Shown here in pieces: positions 8,767 through 17,445 of a stretch of 32,598 nucleotides of DNA. The notes beneath the pieces are model-generated. The model worked only from the letters and a program-made list of their open reading frames with translations. It ran no database searches and had not been told where the DNA came from. Location: the NCBI GenBank assembly GCA_035703635.1, contig DASSXV010000063.1, positions 1 to 32,598 of the forward strand, in the 5' to 3' direction. Within the stretch, counting starts at the first letter, position 1. Each line of letters starts with the position of its first letter. Position numbers and translations under genes: made by a program. Origin of the DNA: Trueperaceae bacterium (GTDB taxonomy: Bacteria; Deinococcota; Deinococci; Deinococcales; Trueperaceae).

Positions 8767-10184
8767 CGGCGGCGAGCGGCGCTTGGACGCTTAACCCTGA
8801 CCGCGGCTTCGCGCCTGACCCCGGGCAACGCTCGTTGGCGCGGGCACTGTACGGCGCAGTCGCCGACCTCCCGCTGCTGTCGCCTCACGGCCACGTCGCG
8901 CCCGGTCTGCTCCTGGACGACGCTCCCATGGCCGACCCGGCGACGACCTTCGTCGTTCCAGACCACTACCTGCTGCGGATGCTCTTCAGCCAGGGCGTGC
9001 AGCTCGAGCGCCTCGGCGTCGCCCGCAGCGACGGCGCTCCCGTCGAGACGGACCCGCGTGAGATCTGGCGCGAGTTCGCCGCGCATTACCACCTCTTCGC
9101 AGGCACCCCTTCCGGGCTGTGGTTGAAGCACGAGCTCGTCGACCTCTTCGGCCTAGACGAGCGCCCGAGCGCCGCGACGGCCGACCGCACCTTCGACCAC
9201 CTGAGCGCCAAGCTGGCGCAACCAGAGTTCCGCCCCCGCGCCCTCTTCCGTCGCTTCGGGATAGAACTGTTGGCGACGACGGACGCCGCCACGGACGACC
9301 TCACAGAGCACGTAGCGCTGCAGGCGGCCGGCATGCCGATCGTGCCGACTTTCAGGCCGGACGCCGTGATCGACCCGACCCGCGGTGATTTCGTGGAGGC
9401 GACTGAACTCCTTGCCGAACGTAGTGGCGTCGCCGTCACAGACTACGCGTCGTACCTAGAGGCGTTACGTCAGCGCCGCGCGGCCTTCAAGGCGGCCGGT
9501 GGAACGGCCACGGACCACGCGGCACTCACGGCGGACGTAGTGGAGCTACCCGCTGCAGAGAGGGTCTTCGCGCGCGTCCTGGCAGGGGACGCCAGCCAGG
9601 CTCACCGACAGGCGTTCGCGGCGCACATGTTGCTGCAGATGGCGCGCATGAGCGCAGACGACGGCCTCGTCATGCAACTCCACGTAGGTTCGCTGCGCGA
9701 CCACCACCGCCTCACCTTCGAGCGCTTCGGGCGGGACAAAGGCGCCGACATGCCGATAGCCACGAACTGGACGCGCGAGTTGCGGCCACTGCTCGAAGAA
9801 CTCGGCACCCACCCGCGCTTCCGCATGGTGCTTTACACGCTCGACGAAACGACCTACGCGCGTGAGTTGGCGCCCTTGGCTGGCTTCTACCCCACCCTGC
9901 GCCTGGGCGCTCCGTGGTGGTTCTTCGACTCGGTGCTCGGCATGGAACGCTACCTAGACGCCGTGAGCGAGACGGCAGGCATCTACAACCTGGCGGGCTT
10001 CGTCGACGACACGCGGGCGTTCCCTTCCATCCCTGCCCGGCACGACGTCTGGCGGCGCGTAACGTGCAACTGGTTGGCCGGCCGCGTCGTGCGTGGCCTG
10101 ATCGACGAGGACGAGGCCCCTGGCTTGGCGCGTGCGCTCGCGTACGACCTCACCAAGGAGACTTACCGTCTAGGCGGGGCTTGA
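8763..10184 (+). CDS. uxaC: Glucuronate (uronate) isomerase
   Basis: Start at ATG 8763 (ATGA overlap with uxaE stop); SPHGH, PDHY, TFRPD, MQLHVG, LGAPWWFFDS, GFVDDTRAF, ARHDVWRR. Confidence 0.93.
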   Translation: MTAASGAWTLNPDRGFAPDPGQRSLARALYGAVADLPLLSPHGHVAPGLLLDDAPMADPATTFVVPDHYLLRMLFSQGVQLERLGVARSDGAPVETDPREIWREFAAHYHLFAGTPSGLWLKHELVDLFGLDERPSAATADRTFDHLSAKLAQPEFRPRALFRRFGIELLATTDAATDDLTEHVALQAAGMPIVPTFRPDAVIDPTRGDFVEATELLAERSGVAVTDYASYLEALRQRRAAFKAAGGTATDHAALTADVVELPAAERVFARVLAGDASQAHRQAFAAHMLLQMARMSADDGLVMQLHVGSLRDHHRLTFERFGRDKGADMPIATNWTRELRPLLEELGTHPRFRMVLYTLDETTYARELAPLAGFYPTLRLGAPWWFFDSVLGMERYLDAVSETAGIYNLAGFVDDTRAFPSIPARHDVWRRVTCNWLAGRVVRGLIDEDEAPGLARALAYDLTKETYRLGGA

Positions 10185-10978
10185 GCGTCCCATACCTGCA
10201 CTTCAGCGTCGACGACGTCTTCGGCTGCGTCGAGGACCTGTTCACCGGGGGCTATGCATCGCCGTGGCAGCAGCCGACCTTCGCCTACTTGCGGCGGCTC
10301 CATGAGGCGTACGGTCTCGTAACGAGCCTCTACCTCTTCGCTGGCACCGCCACGTCGAGGTGGGAGTTGGCTGACGCGGACGAGCGCCACCGCCGCGCCT
10401 TCGCTGCCGCGTCTACTTGGCTCCGTTTCGGGTTCCACGCAGCAGACGACGCCACGCGCTACTCGCAAGACGCCGTCTCACCGACCGTAGCCGCACGACA
10501 TTACCGGACGATCGTGGCGAGCATCGCGCGTTTCGCTGGCGTCGAGTCGGTCGACCGCGCGCCACGCACTCACTACTTCACGGGGTCGGAAGCCACCGTG
10601 CGCGCCTGGCAGGGCGAGGAGTTGGGGCCGTTGGGGTTACTCACTCCTGATGACGAGCGTGAGGAGGCTTACCACCTCGCACCTGCAGCTAGCGCCGCGA
10701 TCAGGGCGCGTGGCACGGCCCGCGACGAGGCTCACGGCTTGTGGCTGTTCCGGACGGACGTGCGCTTGGAACGCAGCCCGGACGTCACCTCCACGCTGCG
10801 CGTCGCAGACGCGGCCCTTGAGACGGTCGGCGCGGTGCACGCCTTCACGCATGAACAGTACTTGCCAGAGGCCGCCGTTCGCAAGCGCCTCGAAGCGCTG
10901 GCGCGTTACCTCGCGCAGCTGGGGATAACTGGCGCTTTTCCGCTCGACGCCGCTAGGCGGGCGGGAGCTAGGGGTTAG
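10181..10978 (+). CDS. Hypothetical protein with polysaccharide-deacetylase (CE4/NodB)-like motifs
   Basis: TTG start at 10181 overlapping uxaC stop (TTGA); HFSVDD, SLYLF, WLRFGFH, PRTHYF, FTHE in the order of CE4 motifs; no signal peptide. Confidence 0.6.
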   Translation: MSVPYLHFSVDDVFGCVEDLFTGGYASPWQQPTFAYLRRLHEAYGLVTSLYLFAGTATSRWELADADERHRRAFAAASTWLRFGFHAADDATRYSQDAVSPTVAARHYRTIVASIARFAGVESVDRAPRTHYFTGSEATVRAWQGEELGPLGLLTPDDEREEAYHLAPAASAAIRARGTARDEAHGLWLFRTDVRLERSPDVTSTLRVADAALETVGAVHAFTHEQYLPEAAVRKRLEALARYLAQLGITGAFPLDAARRAGARG

Positions 10979-11942
10979 CCGCTTCGAACGCGGCCGGCGC
11001 AGATAGCGCCCTGAAGTTCCAGTGACCCTCGCGGCGTGGGGGCCAGATCACCGCCGTGGCGCGCCCTGCGATGGCCATGGCGTCTACCGGCCCGAAGTAG
11101 CGCGAGTCCTCCGACCCGCCAGCCGAGCGGTTGTCACCCATCACGAAGTACTTGCCGTCTGGCACCACGAAGTCGAGCACGACCGGCGTGCCCTCCACCG
11201 TGCCTGCCGGCACTGAGATGCTACTGACCACGTTGCCGTAGAAGAGCTGCACACGCGCGTCATCGACGCTAACGCTGGCCGGGAGGAAGCCGCCCATCGG
11301 CAGCATGGGCACCGAGTTGCCCTTCGGCGTCGTCTCGAAGCCCATCACGAGCGCGGCTACTTGACCACCGCGCACGACCACGAGCGGAAAGTCGACGGCC
11401 GCCACGCGCACCGTTCCAGGTTCGGTGATGAAACCCTGGTCGATGGCGACGTCGTTCACGTACACCTGGCCGCGCTCGATGCGGACGCGGTCGCCTGGCA
11501 GGCCGATCACGCGCTTGATGAAGAAGTTGCGCTTGCCCGATTCGAGGGCCGTCGGGGCGTTAGCTGGCTCCCGCAACACGACGACTGCCCCGCGCTCGTA
11601 CTTGCCAAGGACACCGACGCGGCGCAGCCACGTGTCGTACTTAGGGATGAAGACGCGGTCGCCGGTGAGCAGGGCCTGCAGAAGGTTGCCGCGGCCGTTG
11701 CCACCGTCGAGGTTAGGTTCCATCGAGGTGCCGACGACGCCAACGGTAGTGAACAGGAAGGTCACGACGAGGAACGCGATGACGAGCGCTTCCGCGTAAC
11801 CACGCACCTCGCGCCAGAAGCGTTGTTGGAAGGTCAAGGGCGCAACTGGCGCCTTGCCTGCGGAGCCACCACCGCCAGGGCGAAGGCGCGCGCGGGCGGC
11901 GGCGCGCGGGGAGTCCGGGCGAGTCGAGTCTGGTTTCGTCAT
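10968..11942 (-). CDS. lepB: Signal peptidase I
   Basis: TM segment then GTSMEP (Ser), FIKRVIGLPGD (Lys), YFVMGDNR..SEDSRYFG. Confidence 0.95.
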   Translation of the reverse strand: MTKPDSTRPDSPRAAARARLRPGGGGSAGKAPVAPLTFQQRFWREVRGYAEALVIAFLVVTFLFTTVGVVGTSMEPNLDGGNGRGNLLQALLTGDRVFIPKYDTWLRRVGVLGKYERGAVVVLREPANAPTALESGKRNFFIKRVIGLPGDRVRIERGQVYVNDVAIDQGFITEPGTVRVAAVDFPLVVVRGGQVAALVMGFETTPKGNSVPMLPMGGFLPASVSVDDARVQLFYGNVVSSISVPAGTVEGTPVVLDFVVPDGKYFVMGDNRSAGGSEDSRYFGPVDAMAIAGRATAVIWPPRREGHWNFRALSAPAAFEAANP

Positions 11943-12074
11943 GACGGTCTAGCCTACCGCGAACATCGCAGTTACCGTACTATCCTGCAGCAGGGGCAGG
12001 CAGAAGTGGTTCGAGGCGGCCGTAACGTCACGGCGCAGTTGACCCGTGCCAGCTCGCAACCGAAAGGAACAAGC

Positions 12075-12896
12075 ATGCTCCGTCGTTCAACGCTCTTGCT
12101 CGTCCTCACTCTCGTCACCGCCGCCGCGGCGCAGCGACCGTTCGTCGTGCCCAACTACTACGTCTCCCAGCTGCCGCTCCTCGTTTCCGGGGTTCCGGCC
12201 TTCGGTGAGTTGACGCCGGAGGACGGCCAGAACTACAAGGACGGTTCGCGCGTCGACCTCTACCAGTTCGAGGGCGAGGCGGGTAGCACCGCGACGCTCA
12301 CGCTGAGCAGTTACGACTTCGACACCTACCTGAGCGTCTTCGACCCAGACGGCTTCCGCCTCGAGTACAACGACGACGGCGACGCTCTCTCTAGCGACGC
12401 GTACGAGTCACGGCTCGACCTTTACCTCGACTACTCCGGCAAGTACACCGTAGTCGTCAGCGGCTACGCGGACTACGATCTCGGCGCCTATACGCTCGAG
12501 TTGGTCATGCAGGGCGCCGCCTCCTTCGCTGGCACGGAGTCGCTCACGGTTCCAGGCAGCGTCACCGGCATGTTGAGCAGTGACGATGGCGCCGTACCAG
12601 GCGGTTGGACCGGCCCAGGCAAGGGATACGACTTCACAGTCACGGAGAAGACCGTCATGAGGATCGACGCTGCCTCCAACGACTTCGACACTTACCTCTA
12701 CCTCTTCACGAGCGATGGTTACCTCATGAACTCCAACGACGACGCCGATTACAGCGAAGCGTCAGGCTACGCGACGGACTCGATGATGTTCATCGCCCTC
12801 GACCCCGGCTCCTACTTCGTGTACGTCAGCACCTGGAACGGCGACGACGTTGGAGCGTTCACGCTCAGCTTCGAGGAGTACGTTCCGAAGCGCTAA
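12075..12896 (+). CDS. Secreted protein with two pre-peptidase C-terminal (PPC)-like domains
   Basis: ATG 12075 with SD AAAGGA; signal peptide MLRRSTLLLVLTLVTAAAAQ; two repeats S..FDTYL.(V/L)F..DG....NDD...G.Y.V.VS....G.(Y/F)TL. Confidence 0.8.
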   Translation: MLRRSTLLLVLTLVTAAAAQRPFVVPNYYVSQLPLLVSGVPAFGELTPEDGQNYKDGSRVDLYQFEGEAGSTATLTLSSYDFDTYLSVFDPDGFRLEYNDDGDALSSDAYESRLDLYLDYSGKYTVVVSGYADYDLGAYTLELVMQGAASFAGTESLTVPGSVTGMLSSDDGAVPGGWTGPGKGYDFTVTEKTVMRIDAASNDFDTYLYLFTSDGYLMNSNDDADYSEASGYATDSMMFIALDPGSYFVYVSTWNGDDVGAFTLSFEEYVPKR

Positions 12897-12938
12897 GCCC
12901 ACCGCGGCCCACACGCGCCGCGCCAACTACCGGCTAGC

Positions 12939-15164
12939 ATGGCGGAGCGCATGACAGTCGACCGCACCGCCCCATCCCTCTTCGAGTCACCCGCGACCGA
13001 ACCACTCGCCGCCCGCATGCGGCCAAGGACCCTGGCTGAGTTCATCGGCCAGGGTCACATCCTTGGGCCAGGGCGGTTGCTGCGGCGCGCCATCGAGGCG
13101 GATCAGCTCTCGTCGCTCATCCTCTACGGGCCGCCTGGGACGGGCAAGACCACCCTCGCCCGCGTGATCGCCAACTCCACGCGTGCGCGCTTCACGGCCA
13201 TCAACGCGGTCTTGTCCGGCGTGAAGGAGATCCGCGAGGCCGTTACGGCGGCGCAGTCCTCGCGCCGCGCAGGCGTCAAGACCATCTTGTTCGTCGACGA
13301 GGTGCACCGCTTCAACAAGGCGCAGCAGGACGCGCTCTTGCCGTGGGTGGAGAACGGCACCGTCGTGCTCATCGGCGCCACCACCGAGAACCCGTTCTTC
13401 GAGGTCAACAAGGCCCTCGTGAGCCGCAGCCGCGTCTTCCGGCTACTCCCGCTCGAGGAGGACGACCTCCGCGCCGTGGCAAGGCAGGCGCTGGCAGACG
13501 CGGAGCGCGGCTACGGCCGCCGCGCAGTCGAGATCGACGAAGAGGCCTTGAGTCATCTCGCGAACGTCGCGAACGGCGACGCCCGCGCGCTCCTCAACGC
13601 TCTCGAGTTGGCTGTCGAAACGACCCCGCCCGTCGACGGGCGCGTTCACGTGACCGTCGCCGTCGCGGAAGAGTCGATCCAACGCCGCGCCGTCCTGTAC
13701 GACAAGGAGGGCGACGCTCACTTCGACACCATCAGCGCCTTCATCAAGAGCGTGCGCGGTTCGGACCCGGACGCCGCCCTCTACTGGCTAGCCAAGATGG
13801 TCTACGCAGGCGAGGACCCACGCTTCATCTTCAGGCGCCTCCTCATCCTCGCCAGCGAGGACATCGGCTTGGCGGACCCACGGGCCCTCAGCCATACGGC
13901 CGCCGCCGCGCAGGCCTACGATTACGTCGGTTTACCCGAGGGCCGCTACCACCTCGCGCAAGCGACCTTGTACCTAGCCACGGCGCCGAAGTCGAACAGC
14001 ACGATGGCGTTCTTCGACGCGTTGGCTGCGGTCGAGAGCGAGCGCGAGGAGGAGGTGCCCGTCCACCTGCGCGATGGCAGCCGGGACAAGGACACCCTCG
14101 GCCACGGCGCAGGCTACGCCTACCCTCACGCTTACCGCGACCACTGGGTGGCGCAGCAGTACCTGCCGGAGTCGCTGCAGGGCAAGGTCTTCTACGCTCC
14201 GAGCGGCAACGGCTTCGAGGCGAGCATCGCGGCCGACGTGACGCGGCGCCGGGAAGCGCAACTCGCCGCGATGCTCGAACCGGAGGCCGCCCCGGAGATC
14301 ATGACCGTCGCTCCGCGCTTCGGGCAGCGCGAGCGCTGGCTCGAGCGGGCGGTTTCGTCGCGGGGCCAGCGCCTTGGCGAGGTGCGCGACGACCTCTTCG
14401 AGTTAGCGCCGCCCGCCCCGCATCACGTCGTGCTCGACCTGAGGCCAGGTAGTGGGCTGATCACTTGGGAAGCGGTGAGGCGCACGCCGGAGGGTCAAGT
14501 TTGGGCGCTCGAGCCGGACGCCAAGGCCGCGGCCGAGTTGGAGAGCCAGGCGGCCAACCTCTCCGAGCTGACTCGCCCCATCTTGTTGCGCACCGACGTG
14601 CTTGACTTGGACGCCGATGCGCTTGGCGGGGTGCGCTTCGACGAGGCGTACGGCCGCGGCTGGTTGGCCGCCCTCCCTCCCCTGCCTGACCTGCAGGCAG
14701 CGTTCTCGCGCCTGCGGGCGGTCATGGCGCCTGGCGGAGTCGTCGTGCTGGCGGAAGTCGACAGGCGGCGGGCGCAACGCCTGCATGCGTTGGTGGACCT
14801 TTCTGACCGACCGGCGCTCGCCGCTAGCGTTGCCGCGGCCGAGGAGAGCATCTATTCCGGTACGGCAGTTGGGGCCGCTGAGCGCGTAGGGACGGCCCCC
14901 GAGTCGGTCGTGGCGGCCATCGAGAGCGCCGGCTTCTCACAGGTGCGGTTAACGCCCAAGGTGTATTACGACCAGCGAAGACTGCCGCGCAGCACGATCG
15001 TCGATTGGTTCGCGGTTGGCGGTGAACGGGCCTCCTACGCCGATCACTTGGGCAGGCACCTGAGCGCCGGGGAGCTGGCGGCCGTCAAGGAAGCGTTCAT
15101 GCTGCAGTTGGCCGACCGCGAGGTGCGGTGGGGTACGACCTACTACTTCGTGCGCGCGACATGA
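12939..15164 (+). CDS. rarA: Replication-associated recombination protein A (RarA/MgsA AAA+ ATPase) with a C-terminal methyltransferase-like extension
   Basis: PLAARMRP, GPPGTGKT, LFVDEVHRFNKAQQD, GATTENPFF, ISAFIKSVRGSDPDAA, ASEDIG, YPH, QQYLP; about 290 extra C-terminal residues. Start 12939 or 12951. Confidence 0.93.
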   Translation: MAERMTVDRTAPSLFESPATEPLAARMRPRTLAEFIGQGHILGPGRLLRRAIEADQLSSLILYGPPGTGKTTLARVIANSTRARFTAINAVLSGVKEIREAVTAAQSSRRAGVKTILFVDEVHRFNKAQQDALLPWVENGTVVLIGATTENPFFEVNKALVSRSRVFRLLPLEEDDLRAVARQALADAERGYGRRAVEIDEEALSHLANVANGDARALLNALELAVETTPPVDGRVHVTVAVAEESIQRRAVLYDKEGDAHFDTISAFIKSVRGSDPDAALYWLAKMVYAGEDPRFIFRRLLILASEDIGLADPRALSHTAAAAQAYDYVGLPEGRYHLAQATLYLATAPKSNSTMAFFDALAAVESEREEEVPVHLRDGSRDKDTLGHGAGYAYPHAYRDHWVAQQYLPESLQGKVFYAPSGNGFEASIAADVTRRREAQLAAMLEPEAAPEIMTVAPRFGQRERWLERAVSSRGQRLGEVRDDLFELAPPAPHHVVLDLRPGSGLITWEAVRRTPEGQVWALEPDAKAAAELESQAANLSELTRPILLRTDVLDLDADALGGVRFDEAYGRGWLAALPPLPDLQAAFSRLRAVMAPGGVVVLAEVDRRRAQRLHALVDLSDRPALAASVAAAEESIYSGTAVGAAERVGTAPESVVAAIESAGFSQVRLTPKVYYDQRRLPRSTIVDWFAVGGERASYADHLGRHLSAGELAAVKEAFMLQLADREVRWGTTYYFVRAT

Positions 15165-15171
15165 CGATTGT

Positions 15172-15222
15172 CTAGGCATTTGCCTAGCACCCCTTACTGG
15201 CTACTTGGCCCGTTGCTATGAT
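15172..15222 (+). promoter_or_regulatory. Inverted repeat CTAGGCA-TT-TGCCTAG (15172-15187) and extended -10 TGcTATGAT upstream of the MFS gene
   Basis: Palindrome and -10 hexamer (15217-15222) read directly from the sequence. Confidence 0.5.
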
Positions 15223-15350
15223 GCCGAGGACAAGGAGATCGAGATGGCGCGAACGGAGCGCTCGTTCGGGTTGGGGGCTACCCGCTGTACGGCCGCTCCC
15301 CCTGAGGGCCTGCAATTACATGGCGGCAACGTGCGGCCAAGAGGGATCAG

Positions 15351-16736
15351 GTGCCTTCGATAGCACACGACCCCAAGAGGGCGCTCACCTACCGTTACGC
15401 CTTCTTAGTCGGCATGCTGGAGCTCGCCATCGCGGTGCCGATGCCGGTGCTCGTGCTGCACATGACGGGCCGCGGCCTCGACCTCGGCGTCATCGGGTTG
15501 GCTTTCATGCTGCGGGCCATCCTCGTCGTGCTGTTGGAACTACCGACTGGCGGCATGGCAGACGCCATCGGCAGGCGGCCGATAGCGTTGGCGTCGCAGC
15601 TCTTCACCCTCTCATCTTTCGTTGCGCTCCTGTTCGTGTCAGGGCCAGCGCTTGCGCTCTTGTACGCGCTGCTTCAGGGCATCGGTTCGGCGCTGCACTC
15701 CGGCGCGCTAGACGCCTGGTACGTGGACGAGATCAAGCGCCTCGACAGCGCCGTCGAGCTAGAACCTCACCTGGCCACGGTCAACGTCTTCCAGGCGAGC
15801 GGCATGCTCCTCGGCACTGCGCTGGGCGGCGCCTTGCCGACGCTGACTGCTCAACTGGACCTGCCGTGGCCCCTTGCCGGCTTCGGGGTGGCGTTGTTCG
15901 CGGGCATCGTGCTGCGGCTCGTCACGTGGGTCCTCACGCTAGCGCTCGTGCGCGAGCCGGTCAAACCTCAAGGCGGCGCCGTCACCGGCGTCCGTGCGGT
16001 GCCAGGTATCCTGCTCGACGCAGGCAGGCTGGCGCGCAACATCCCCAGCCTTCGCTGGCTGCTCGTCGCGGCTGGGGCCAGCGGCCTCGCCATGGTGAGC
16101 ATAGAAACGTTCTGGCAGCCGATCGCCGCGTTCACCTTCGGTGACGACCCGAGTCGCTCCGTACCGTACGCCGTGCTGGGAACGGCCTCCGGGGTGGCGG
16201 TGCTACTTGGCAGTATCGCCGTCATGCGCTGGGGCAAGCGCTTCCCGGGAGGCAGCGTCGCCCTGGCTGGCACCAGTACCGTCATCCGCGGCCTTGCCAT
16301 GTTTCTCTTCGCGTCGATGGCGTCGGGCTGGGGCCTCGGAGTTGGGTTGTCGCTCACGTATTTCGCACTGGCGACCACCAACGTCCCCCATTACGCGCTG
16401 CTTCACGACGCCATTCCGTCGGCCAGGCGCTCGTCGCTGCTGTCCGTTCACTCGCTCGTGTTCTTCGGGGGCATCGCCATCGCATCTGGCCCGCTCGGTT
16501 GGCTCGCCGTTCAGGCTGGGCCTCAGCTGGCGCTCGCCATCGCTTCCGCCCTCACCATCGCCAGTGCCCTAGCCTACGTGCGGGTCGCGCGCCTCCAAAG
16601 CGAGCCAAGCTCCAGCAACCATACGGAAGCCAGTGAAGGCGAACTCGCCATGGTGGCGGCCGCCACCGCGCCACTTGGCGGCCCAGAGGGCGCGTTCGAG
16701 GCAGGCGCCCATGAGCAGTTCCACGATGGGCGCTAG
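15351..16736 (+). CDS. MFS transporter (about 12 TM)
   Basis: ELPTGGMADAIGRR motif A variant, SGALDAW, many hydrophobic helices; GTG start. Confidence 0.9.
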   Translation: MPSIAHDPKRALTYRYAFLVGMLELAIAVPMPVLVLHMTGRGLDLGVIGLAFMLRAILVVLLELPTGGMADAIGRRPIALASQLFTLSSFVALLFVSGPALALLYALLQGIGSALHSGALDAWYVDEIKRLDSAVELEPHLATVNVFQASGMLLGTALGGALPTLTAQLDLPWPLAGFGVALFAGIVLRLVTWVLTLALVREPVKPQGGAVTGVRAVPGILLDAGRLARNIPSLRWLLVAAGASGLAMVSIETFWQPIAAFTFGDDPSRSVPYAVLGTASGVAVLLGSIAVMRWGKRFPGGSVALAGTSTVIRGLAMFLFASMASGWGLGVGLSLTYFALATTNVPHYALLHDAIPSARRSSLLSVHSLVFFGGIAIASGPLGWLAVQAGPQLALAIASALTIASALAYVRVARLQSEPSSSNHTEASEGELAMVAAATAPLGGPEGAFEAGAHEQFHDGR

Positions 16737-16760
16737 CTTGCTGTAGGCTGCCTAACACTG

Positions 16761-17372
16761 ATGCCGAGCTCCAACCTGACCAGCAGACTCGCTCTCGCGT
16801 ACGCCGCTTACGAGCTGAAGGACGAACCACGCGGCGGGTGGGTGATGCACGGAGTGAGCCGGCCAGAGACCGTGGCAGCGCACTCGTGGGGAACGGCGTA
16901 CCTGTGCTTGATGTTCGGCCAAGACGCCGCCGTAGACGTGGCGCGCGCGGTTGCCATCGCAGTCGTGCACGACGTCGCGGAGGCCAAGACGGGCGACTTC
17001 ATCGCGCGCGCCACGGAGGCGGACCGCCGCGTGGCGGAAGTAGAGAAGGCCAGGCTCGAGCGTGAGGCGATTCTAGAACTACTCCCAGAAGGCCAAGGCG
17101 CGCTACGCGAGCTGTGGCAAGCGTACGAGGATAGATCAGACGAAGCCGCCCGCTTCGTGCGCGACATGAACCTGATCGACATGTGCCTCGAGGCGCTGCG
17201 TTATGAACGCGGTGCGCGCTACGACCCTGAGCGGTACGTGCCGTCAAGCGGCGGCCACCTGCACCTCGACGAGTTCTTCCTCAGCGCAGAGCAGCGGCTC
17301 GACAGCGACATCGCCAAGCGGCTCTACGCCGCCATCAAGAGGGACTACGACACCGAGCGCGCACGGCCTTAG
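16761..17372 (+). CDS. HD-domain phosphohydrolase (HD_3 / YfbR / HDDC2-like, possible 5'-deoxynucleotidase)
   Basis: LKDEPRGGW, PETVAAHSW, VVHDVAEAKTGD, EA.FVRD. Confidence 0.85.
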   Translation: MPSSNLTSRLALAYAAYELKDEPRGGWVMHGVSRPETVAAHSWGTAYLCLMFGQDAAVDVARAVAIAVVHDVAEAKTGDFIARATEADRRVAEVEKARLEREAILELLPEGQGALRELWQAYEDRSDEAARFVRDMNLIDMCLEALRYERGARYDPERYVPSSGGHLHLDEFFLSAEQRLDSDIAKRLYAAIKRDYDTERARP

Positions 17373-17445
17373 CCGAGCGCGCTCGGCCGTAGCCGCGAAC
17401 GCGCGTGTAAGAAACCCGAGACGCTCGGTGTCGCAGACTATTGAC

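Noticed and set aside
9914-10180. Upstream extension of the deacetylase-like ORF
   Set aside because: Lies within uxaC; the TTGA overlap at 10181 is the better start
11361-12074. Extension making the PPC protein 511 aa
   Set aside because: Antisense to lepB; SD and signal peptide begin at 12075
13343-14452. 369-aa alternative-frame ORF inside rarA, and similar long shadows such as 15218-16144 and 19257-20312
   Set aside because: Low-complexity Arg/Pro/Gly or antisense products expected from high GC3 codon bias
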